From assembly GCA_010093605.1 (NCBI GenBank), contig MU004184.1:1126801-1190800 (forward strand): 64,000 bases of DNA. Direction: 5' to 3'. The DNA comes from Lophium mytilinum. Lineage: Eukaryota. Positions within the stretch are counted from its first letter, which is position 1. Every line of letters starts with the position of its first letter. The translations under genes were made by a program, and so were the position numbers. The notes beneath the pieces are model-generated. The model was given only the letters and a program-made list of their open reading frames with translations, did not search any database and was not told the DNA's origin. This document shows, one piece after another, positions 53,728 through 64,000 of this stretch.

Positions 53728-56242
53728 ATGGATCCGAACACGACACCTCGCGCTGAGGAGCCCGACTCCAGGAACAGTCTTCGCCACATTCTAGCTACGG
53801 AGCCTTCACTAGCCATGGAAGACTTGACTCCTCCGGATCCAGAGCCGTCGCTTCCACCTGATGACGATGACGGTCAGGATGACCGCGCCCCAAAGTCTGC
53901 GACATCGTCCAAGGGACCCGGGTCCGAATTGCCCATGTACACTGCGACCACGACAACGACGCGCCGAAATGCAAATGGAAGCGTTTCATCGGTCTACTCT
54001 GGCAACAAGATACGGCACTTGAAGAAGGATGACGGTATTCCCCTATGGCGTCGAGACATCCAGTACGACTTCCTCCGCTACGTCTTCGAGGACGACCAGC
54101 GGGTGTTCCACAAGGTCTCAGATGGAACAGGCGGGCATACTTTTGCAGACATATACCTAGATGCGATGGCAAAGAGCAGCAAGTGTTCCAAGATCTTGAA
54201 GGATAAACTCCTCACGGAGAGAGCTGCGGCTATCAACATGGCTATGGTCTGTCTGCTGGTGAACGTTGGGAGGATGAACACGACTCTCAACTGTATGTTG
54301 GGATGCGCACACCTGTGCTGACGGAAAGCTAACTCAATCGCAGTTTTCCCCGAAATGCGAGCACAACTCCGAACCTACCACTCAATTCCCTCTCTTCAAG
54401 CGCATCAGGATCCAAACGCATACAAACAGCTACAGGATGCTCCACGGCTGAAATCTATACTTAAGGGAGCTACCGAGGACATTGAACAACCCAGCACTAT
54501 CGAAGACATCAAGAATCACGCCGTCCCCCGTACCAATCCGGTAAATCTGATATTCGTGCTCGCGCAATATGCCCCCAAGATTTCCGAAATACATTTCTAT
54601 CCTCCACGCGACTTCTTTGACTTGGTCATGCGAAGTGCTCTAAGCAGCAGAAGTCGCGCAACAGCGTTTCTGTGGCTAATGTGGTGGTACCTCGAGAGCG
54701 ATTTCACATCAGAGGCTGCGCAGAATAATCCATTCGGACCCGGCCTGCCAGGTACCGAAGGTGACGCTACTGGTGGTATGCCGATCAAATGCCCAGCTTT
54801 CAAGCATCTTACAGAGGATGAAATGGCGCTGGAGAATGTTGACACAGACGAAGAGAAGAATTTCGGCGATATAAAGAGGAAGGAGAGAATAGGTATGAAT
54901 TTCTTGACGCTCAGATGGGCTTCTTATTCTAAACGTTCAGCAGCAATTCTCGCAAGTGATATGGCCCCTGTCGTTACTGGACCCAAACGCACGGGCAAAA
55001 AAGGTTAGTACCAGCGTTTTCTTTTATGCGAAGTGGAGATCGAAGAGTCCCCAATGCTCAACAGTCCTTCATATTGACGGTACCATAGCTTTCAACCAAA
55101 ACCCTGTCTTCTCAGTCCTCGCAGATGACGGAGCCTCCACACCAGGCCGAGATCATCAGTCTCCATCTCATGGTAAATTTGTCCTTTTGGAGGACAATTT
55201 TTAGCATAGCAGCTACTAACTAATCTCAGGGTCGTCGAAGGGTAGCCGCAAACCAATGCCGAATGCAAAGTCCCTAGCAATGGATTATGCGTCTGACACT
55301 GATCGCACACGATCTCCCTCTCCACACCAGAGGCCAACATCTGTTTATGGTGGCATGACTGACAAGAAGGGCACTCCAAACATGCGAATCAACACCCTTC
55401 TCAACGACGAAACTCCGTCGGTTTCTACTCCCCCGAAAGGCCCTGGCCGTGGCAACTGGTCTCGAAACCGCAACAACGGCACAGTGGGTCGGAACGCCTT
55501 CAAAAACAAGCTAGAAGCAAGCCAGGACGGCACTTCCCCATCTACCAACGGCCCCACCGTCTCCCTCCATACTAGCGGTCCCCATGGCTTCTATCTCCCT
55601 CTAAACGGCTCAGATCCCTCGCACAAACGCTCTCGCCCGCTAACCCAACACCAACTAGCAGTCGAGCAATTCCGACGCAAACGCGTCGAAGTGATCCTCG
55701 ATCGCGGTCTCCGTAAGCAGTACAAAGTCGCCAAGCGGCGACGCGAAGACAAAGGCGCTTTCTGGCTCGCGTGGCTGCGATGCAAGCTCTTACCGGACGG
55801 CTACGACACCGACGAGGACGAAAACGAACAAGCTGCTCATTACGGAGACTCGGACATCGGTACTCATGGTAAGCATATCCCGCTCGGCTTTGGCGGACTC
55901 TTACCCGTCCGCGATGCTGAGAAGGTCGACTGCGGCGAGGAAGCCTACAACCGCGCAAAGGTAATGAATCGGGTCGCGAGGAGGCTTGAGCGCTGGGAGG
56001 GCGGTGTCGAGGCCGTCAAGCGAAAGAAGAAGAATGGGACCGACCTCGTATGGGTGGACACGGAAGGCGACCGGGAAGAGCGTGGCGATAGTCAGATGGA
56101 TTATGAGAATGGCGACGGCGATGTCGATGATCAGATGGATGAAGACGATCGCGAGATGCTGGAGGCTGCTGGTGTTTACGATAGCGAGGATGAGCAGATG
56201 GATGACTATGATCGTGAGCTTGAGGCGGCGGAGCAAAGCTGA
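53728..56242 (+). CDS. IES1: INO80 complex subunit Ies1
   Basis: IRHLKKDDGIPLWRRDIQYDFL, LLVNVGRMNTTLNFFPEMRAQLRTYHSIPSLQ, KQLQDAPRLKSILK; multi-exon. Confidence 0.88.
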
Positions 56243-57151
56243 TGGACGATGTGGGGTGACTGGGAGGTACTTGGCGTTTGGGCATGGGCGCATCTGGTAA
56301 AGGTTATTCACTCAAGGGCTGTAATATAGGCTATGGGCTTGCAAGCTTGCGAGCTTCAAAGAATGGGCTAATTAGTGAGTCTTACGAATATCAGGGTGGC
56401 AGTTGTAGGATATAATTGATGAAACCATAGACTTGTTCGGTTTCTGTACGAGCAGCCGTAACATGGGGCTTAATTAATAGTCCAGATTTCGTAATCGGAT
56501 GACATTGCCTTTGAAAATGATCAGACTGTCCCTGTTCACTGCATAGAAGTACATGTTTAAGGGACACCACTGACACCTTCACTGAAGCACCGCCTTCCCA
56601 CCGCTTGTTCAAGTAGTTGAGGTGGATTATGTCTGGATTTCGCAGGCTTCCTTGAAGTAATTCGTCTAGTGGTAAACGATCCCGATCTCGATTATGGGTT
56701 TGAACTGTACACTCGTGAGCCGATTAGGCAGAAAGTGGCAATAAAAATAGGAGTAGTCTGATTGGTGGTAGGCATCTTGCACGTGAGTTTCAGCCTGGTC
56801 GATCTCACACCTCAACCCTCATTCCCAGCCTGACTTCTTCCTTCTTTCCATGGCCCTAGAAGAAGCGCATGAGCTGCCGCCTCTTGTGTCCATACCAGCT
56901 CAAATCACCAGAAAGTATCCAAAATATAGTCAAATCACTGCTACCTCCACTATTGTCCATGTTACCAGATACTCCTTATCGAAGTGATTTAGCTAAGTAG
57001 CATGAAAGTCACCAGTATTGGGGGACACACCGAACTCTATCGTTATAACCCTTACTTCTCGTCGAAAGTTTCCAAAATCTTCAGAGACACTCCAAGTAGA
57101 AGTAGATGAGGATACACGCACTCTCGACGACATACCGCAGCACCCTCGAAA

Positions 57152-57408
57152 ATGAGACTTCTCGACACAAGCACATTTAAAGTGTACGAATCCTTCAGAG
57201 GCACAATTAAACTGCACGAGTTCTTCGGAAACGCAATCCCAAACTACGCCATCCTTTCGCACCGGTGGGAAGATGGCGAAGTCTCGTTCCAGGACTTGCG
57301 AAATCCACAGGTGGCGTCCCGGAAAGCTGGGTGGAGCAAGATAAAGAGGTTCTGCGAGAAAGCCGCTGAGAGTGGATATAGATACGGCTGGATTGACACT
57401 TGTTGCAT
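57152..57408 (+). pseudogene. HET-domain gene (HET-E-type N-terminal HET domain), 5' part interrupted by insertion
   Basis: MRLL...YAILSHRWEDGEVSFQD...KIKRFC...WIDTCCI, then an abrupt AT-rich insertion. Confidence 0.92.
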
Positions 57409-57575
57409 TATATAGAGTCACCATCAATACCTTTACCCTATAAAAGGAGCGGCATATGCCGCTAAATATAGCGGTAGAACGTATATAGCTATTTAATACA
57501 AAGGTAGTCTTAAGTCTTAGTTAGTTATAATTCAACTAAGAAACCTCCTTACAGTATGGCTTTAGAATCCGATCT

Positions 57576-57716
57576 TGTAAGAAGGCTCAGAATCAGGCAC
57601 GGGGCTGAGCAATGGCTGAGCTCATCTTACTACTTAAGTCTGTCGCCATTACTACCTAACAAAGTAACCACTCTTATACACTAGTTCGGCTCGGGCTTGC
57701 ACCGCCACAGCTTACA
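57576..57716. mobile_element. Solo LTR (141 bp), nested
   Basis: TGTAAG...CTTACA termini; ATCT duplicated on both sides; more GC-rich than its surroundings. Confidence 0.8.
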
Positions 57717-57864
57717 ATCTGCTTATATACACTAAAACTTACTAATACCTAAGTCTATTTTAGATTTTAATATTATTAGCTATAAAAGTCTAATATAAGT
57801 TAGTAAGTAAGAACTTAGAACTATTAAATTATCTATATTTTATTCTACTATATCTACTAGGCTA

Positions 57865-57960
57865 TAGTAGCTAAGTATATACTTTATATAGTAGCTAAGT
57901 ATATACTTTATATAGTAGCTAAGTATATACTTTATATAGTAGCTAAGTATATACTTTATA
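57865..57960. repeat. 24-bp tandem repeat x4
   Basis: (TAGTAGCTAAGTATATACTTTATA)4. Confidence 0.92.
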
Positions 57961-58529
57961 TATAGCGCGTACTATATACTTAAAAATACGCTACCTCTAA
58001 CTAGCATTATAATAAAGACTCTCGGAATAATATCTATAAATTATTTCTTTTTCTTCTTTAATTACTCTTACTCTATAAATATATTTTTCTAATCTCTACC
58101 TATAAAAGTAGGGTGCTAACTAAAGCTATTAACGCCGTTAGCCTATAACTCTTCTATTAGTGCGCTATAGACCCTAATCTTTATACTAATATTTACTAGT
58201 TAACTAAAACCTTTATAAGCCGGCGTAAAGAAACGCTCTATTAAGTCTTAAAAAGAAAATATAATAAAGAAGGTTAGAAATCTTAAGCTATCTATATTAA
58301 GAATATTACTTATATAGTACTAAAGAATATTCTACTCCCTAAAGAGATAATTTTTTAGTTATAGAGAGAAGAATAAAAGCCTAAGAAACTATAAATTTTC
58401 TTAGGCTCTAATTAGCAACCTTTACCTTTTAAAGTTAAGAAGCGTAACCTAAATTCTATTATCTTACTTACGCGGCACTTACTTTTTATAGATAAGAATA
58501 AGGATAATAATAATATAGAGTGGGGCACG

Positions 58530-59600
58530 TATAAAGAACTTAAATCTAGTACTTTTATAAAGGTTTTCTATATAACTTATTCTAAGATACTAGGTTTAAG
58601 CTATACTATAAAGATTCTAAATAAACGCCCTAAAAGAATTAATACAGCTATACTAGAGGCTTTCGCCTCTATCTTATTAAAGTACTTACCCTATATTATT
58701 AAAATTATTAATTTATAGATTAGAAGTAGATTATTTAATCTTACTACACTTATAGTACTTATGCTGCCCTTAGTAAATAGTAGGCATCTAGGTAATTAAC
58801 TACGCACGCTTTTAGTTAGTAGGGGGAGTGCTAATATACTACTTTAGATTAAGACTTAAATCTTTTAATAGATATATTATTTAGTAAGAATATTAGATAA
58901 AATTTATAGAACTAGCTATATATATAGAGATATAAAACTAGAAAATATTTTTATCTATAATAACTCTATACTCTATACTAATTTTAGTTTTTATAAATTT
59001 TAAACGCATTTAATAGACCTAAAGTAGATATCTAGCGGGTCTACCGTAGAAATAGTACTAGTCCCGCCTATAGACGGCTAGAAATTAGAGAACTATAATT
59101 ATCTATATAATTATAGTTTAGAGCGGCTACTCTAAGATAATAAACTTTTAAAATATAAACCTCTAATACGGGTAGAACCTAGAGAGACGCTAAATAAGGT
59201 TATAGAAATAGGTAAAATTAGTAGTAATATTTTTAATCTTAGATAGATTATCTATAAGATACTCTAGGTAGTAACTTCTACTTTAGTTTATAGGAGAAAG
59301 CTACTATATCAGCTAATAGTAAAGATTTTTATATAGGATAGATAGTAATAATTCCTTACACTAATTAATAAAATCTTAAGATTATTACCGCCTTCTAATA
59401 TAACTCTAGAAGTTTTAAAAGAGCCTGCGCGTTATACTAAGCTTACTTAGAAGTTACTAAGTATTATTATCTATAATATAGTTATTTCTACTACCGCTAA
59501 TTAGAAGCCTTTAGGGAAAGTTACTAAGCTTATTAAAGATATAATAGACTTATATAAGATAGCTCTAGATACTTATTATACTAGAGATAGTAGACTAGTT
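58530..59600 (+). pseudogene. RIP-mutated Ser/Thr protein kinase relic
   Basis: Reversing C>T/G>A in one frame gives ELGSGAF.KV (58536), YA.K, HRDIKPENIFI (58923) and LYTDFG (58971); SDIF.LG follows downstream. Ends approximate. Confidence 0.85.
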
Positions 59601-60699
59601 TATAAGCCCTAGTAGACTTAAAGAGTAGTCTAAGTTATAATTATAGTTATATATCTTTTTTAAATTTATAATTAATCTATTATATTCTATCTATCGCCGT
59701 AGCTATTAGCTAGCCTTACGAGCACGTTCTTTAAGCACGTTCTTATTAGCGTATTAATTAATCTAGATTAAAGCTACTATATAGCCTCTTTAACTTATAG
59801 ATTATATTACTTATTTAAAACTTTATATATAAGCTAATAGCTAGTAGATATAATATAATTTATAACTTTTTAATAATTTCTAAGTAATCTATCTATTTAC
59901 CGTCTAATAGTAGCTACTATATCTAACGCCTATAAGTATAAGATATAGTTAATATAGAATTAATAGTTTTGCATTTTTTATATTTCTAGTCGCCTTTTAC
60001 TATAATAACTACTATAAAGAATAGTATTTACGCTTTCTATATAATTATTTATAGGTATAGTTAGTTTCTAATAGTAGTATTAAAACTTAAATAGCTTTTA
60101 GTAGGTCTCTTAGTTATTAAACTTATTAGTATATATTCTAAGAGAACTTCTTAGCTACCTACCTTATTATTTAGCGGATTAGATCTACCTATTATTACTA
60201 CTAGTACTTAGTTTAGTAAATTAGCAGCTTCGCGTTTATAGAAGTAAGAGTCTAGGTACTTAAATAGATAGGTATAAAAGCCTAATATAATTAAGAGAGA
60301 GATTTTTTTAGATAGAAATTAGAGGGAAGTAGCTTAATCTATATATATATATTATTAGGCGCCCTAGATTAATAGCTTATTCTAGAAGCAGGTTTAGGTA
60401 TAGCCCTAGTCTAACCGCGTAGATGCTAAGTATAGCAGCGTGCATATAGATATTAAAGAAATAAACTATTAAGTATAGCCCTTAAACTTAATAGAATAAA
60501 AAGTAATACTTAAATTATCTAAATTATACCTATTTAATAAAATTAAAGTTATTTTATATTTACTATAGGTGTCCCTAGTTCTTTCTTAGGTCTTTAAAGT
60601 ATAAAATAGCTTAATTTAAAGCGTCTTATATATATAAATACTATTAAATCCCCCTCTAAGTTAATTTACTATAACTAAGACTTCCCTATTGCATTTAAT

Positions 60700-62580
60700 T
60701 TCCTTAATTATTTACTAAGGGACAGGCTATAGTCTAATAAGAATACCCTCTATTTTAAATCCTTATATTAGCAGTTTCTAATTTAAGTTAAACTTAAAAT
60801 TTGCGACTATTTAGGCTTCTTTTCTCTAAAGAAGTATACTATTACGGCTAAACGCCTTAGTTAGACTTATTTATTTACCTTAAATATAGAAATAATACTA
60901 TTTAGCGTAGCTTTAATATATATATATATATAGGTAAGATTTATTCCCTATATTATCTCTATATAGGTTAGTTATTATAATAAGTTAGTAGGCTCTAATA
61001 GTTAGTTTAGAAAATAATGCTATAACTTTAGTTTCTATAATCTATATAGAAGTAGACTCTCTATCTATAACTAGAGCGGTAAAAAAATAGATACAAGAAT
61101 ACCGCTGCGCAGTATACCTTAATAAAAACTTATTCCGGCCTACCCGCCTTATTAATATTAGAAGGTTGGCTAATTAACGTTATATTATAATAATTAAGAT
61201 AAATAGAATATTAATTCTAGAATATACTTATCTCTCTTATTACTAGAGAGCCTCTTAACTAATTATAAACTTAATTACCCGCAAATTATCTCTAGAAGAA
61301 TAAAAGATTAAGATATATAAGCTACTATAGATAATATAAAACTCTATTTATATATTATATTAGTTTTAGTATTAATATATATAGGTTAATAGCCTCTATA
61401 TATTCTAAGATAATATTATAGATAAAGAGAAAGAAATTATTTTAATATCTTAAATCTATAAAAGTTCCGCCCTTATAATATATATATTAACGGCTTAGTT
61501 ATATAAGAAAGGTTTTCTTTAACTGCGGCTTAAATATAGTAAATTTTAGCTCTAGATTAGTATACCTAGTAATAAAGTTAGTAGAGTCTACCTAGATAGA
61601 ATTAAGTAGTTTTTTCTACCCGCTAAAGAGGTATTAGGTATATAAGCCTAGGCATTATAAGAAAGGTTACTCTCGCCCCGTTTACTAGAGTATAGTTAGA
61701 GAACTGTAAGGTAGACTTACTTCTATACTAAGAGGTATAATAGATACTAGCCTCTACTAGTAGAAATTACTTAAGAAGATAAGAGCCTAATTATAGTAAA
61801 TTATAACCTTTTTAGCTATCTTAACCTAATAGGGCTACGGCGCATTATTTAATATAGAAAAGAGCTTTTTATCTACTAGATTAAAGTTATTAAATAGTAT
61901 ACCCGTTAGAATCTTATATTTTCTAATAATAGACTTACTGCTATTAGTATAATTACAGTAGAAGTTTAAGAAAGGACTAGAGTACCTTATCTTATAGAAT
62001 TATAAGATTATAAAAAGCTTCTATTTCTACTATTATAGAGAAATATATTGCCTCTTTAGAAACTTCTTTTATAACTATTAATATTGCGTGCACCTTTATA
62101 GTTATAGGCTAGTATTAATAGTCTAGTATTAATAAATTATAGTAAAGAGTTAGTATTATTATTTAGAATTATAGATAGAGAAGTCTCTAGTAGCTTTAGT
62201 ATATTAGTATAAGGGTTAATTACTATTAAAGGCCGTATTTAAAGAGATCTATAGTAGACTAATAGATTTAATTAGTAGAAATATTAACTAATATTAGAGG
62301 ATTTAACTTAAGTTACTTTAACTAGGCACGATCTAGAAATTAATATTTAGCCTAACTATATTAATAAGATATTTACTATTAAAGATAATATAATTATAGT
62401 ATTTCCGGGTTTAGGTTTAGTATTTTTAGCTATTAGAGTGGCAAACTAGAACTATAATCTCGTTCGCGGGTTAGTTCTAGCGAGATAGGATAAGAAGTAT
62501 TATAGAAGGGTGGCCTTTTTCCAATTATATAGTAAGTAGAGTGCTACTATAATAGTAGACTAGCGAGTAGAAGCTATATA
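60700..62580 (+). pseudogene. RIP-mutated HET-domain gene relic
   Basis: One frame de-RIPs to PTRLIDI, YACLSHCWG (61223), WVDSLCIFQD (61382), RAWALQERLLSPRLL (61643), RAPSWSWAS (62087) and GLVL...YRRV (62501). Ends approximate. Confidence 0.9.
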
Positions 62581-63236
62581 TATTAAGTAGTATAAACTAT
62601 TATAATAAATTTATTCTAGAATCTATAACCTTTTAGTTAATAATATATCTAGAATATAAGTTAAATTAAAGGCTTTTAAATAATACTATATTTAGCACTA
62701 AATAAAAGGGTTTATAGGATTAAGAGGCTATTAAAATTATAAATTTTAGTGGGGTATAAAGGCCTATTATATAGTAAATAAACTATATAACCTAGTATAG
62801 CTACTTAAAAAGAGACTTTATATAAGATTACTTTGCAGGTTAATATTTATCGCTGTTTTTAAGTTAAATCTACCCTTAGCATACACCCGACTAGGCTAGT
62901 TAATAGTAGACAGCCTTTGCGAATAGTTGTCCTATGTAAGAGGCTGTCCTATGTAAGTGGACAGCCTCTGCTTAAATTTTTAGACCTAGTAGACATTCAT
63001 CTGCCTTAGCGGTCCTGGAAATGGGACCCTGCGTGAGAGGGTGAACCGCAACCCGGAAGGGGGGAGTCTATTTTCAGGCCCTTAAGCGGAACAGGGACTA
63101 TAAAATCTAAAAATAGTTATAGAGTAATTAGAAAGTACTTAAGGATAAATAACACCGTGTGGAATGTAAACCATAAAAATTACAGGTGTAAAAAAGGTTT
63201 AATAAAGTCAATATTGTCGCATTTGTACAATAAGTC

Positions 63237-64000
63237 TGTATCAACAAAATAAGCAGCTCCGAGTTATCGGAGTCCATAAATTCGATGTATCAATGGTATA
63301 AGAACGCCAGCGATCGTTTTGTGTACTTGAGCGATGTGACGACCGAGATTGAGGAGCCGTGGCGCGCGGGTGTGGAGAACGTTGAACACGAGTCACTACC
63401 GTCGGTCTATCAACAGTTTGCCGAAAGCCAGTGGTTCACAAGAGGTTGGACTCTTCAAGAGCTTATTGCACCGAAGCGCGTCCTTTTCTACGATACAAAG
63501 TGGCAGTCCCTCGGCAGGAAAGAGATATTGCTTGATCCGCTTGCCCAGATAACAGGGGTGGACTTCTATGTTCTAGAAGGGATACGCGACCCTTCATCCG
63601 TGAGCGTGGCGAAGAGGATGTCTTGGGCATCAGCAAGAGAGACGGCTAGAGAGGAGGATATGGCGTACTGTCTGCTCGGCCTATTCGATGTCAACATGCC
63701 AATGCTCTATGGGGAAGGAAAGAAGGCGTTCGTGAGATTACAAGAAGAGATCTTGAAGACCTCCGATGATCACTCCATATTCGCATGGACTATGTTTTCC
63801 CCGGAGGACGAGTACAGTTTCAATGGGCTTTTGGCGGAGTCACCAGCTGCCTTCAGCAAATCGTCTTCCATTGAATCCCTTGATCACACGAATATCGGCG
63901 ATTACGGAGATCACGAGTATAGCATGACGAACAAGGGATTGAAAATTACCCTTCAATTGATACCGTGGGGCGTAGACGTATATCTTGCTCCTTTGCGGTG
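63237..64000 (+). pseudogene. HET-domain gene, 3' part (runs off the window)
   Basis: Open frame CINKISSSELSESINSMYQWY...WFTRGWTLQELIAP...KRMSWA...REEDMAYCLLGLF...MLYGEG...RLQEEI...SIFAW. Confidence 0.92.

Larger units (their letters stand above)
57409..63236. mobile_element. RIP-inactivated ~5.8-kb insertion carrying kinase and HET cargo
   Basis: Very AT-rich and TpA-rich. Splits a HET gene exactly at the codons C-C-I|N-K; flanks TGCAT and TGTAT are a possible 5-bp TSD. Confidence 0.85.

Noticed and set aside
57865..57960. CRISPR-like array
   Set aside because: Head-to-tail repeats without spacers in a eukaryotic genome.
57409..63236. Starship or ordinary RIPped LTR retrotransposon as the identity of the AT-rich block
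   Set aside because: Much smaller than typical Starships with no recognisable captain recombinase. No paired LTRs or gag/pol motifs; the decodable content is kinase and HET.

Overview
A 64-kb window from a filamentous ascomycete (Pezizomycotina, probably Dothideomycete-like), judged from short GT-AG introns with CTRAC branch sites and a RIP signature. The backbone is housekeeping genes: a SAM-PH protein, an F-BAR/DEP RhoGAP, GGTase-I beta, a DUF6604-like protein, a GT31 glycosyltransferase, a BTB protein, signal peptide peptidase, NDUFA2, MPC2, ARG4, a Bem3-like RhoGAP, mito S13, cyclophilin B, DED1 and IES1, plus HET-domain genes. Three observations stand out. (1) A MITE family with CAC...GTG ends and 5-bp GC-rich TSDs (Transib/RAG-like hallmarks) is present in three copies. 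(2) A ~940-bp inversion splits a PLAC8 gene inside an intron and also splits one of those MITEs; re-inverting it restores the gene, the MITE and its GCAGG TSD. (3) A ~5.8-kb heavily RIP-mutated insertion sits inside a HET gene. Reversing the RIP changes shows a protein kinase and a second HET gene as cargo, plus a nested solo LTR, and no transposase is recognisable. Two TA-flanked Tc1/mariner-type MITEs are also present. Exon coordinates were derived by hand and no database searches were run.
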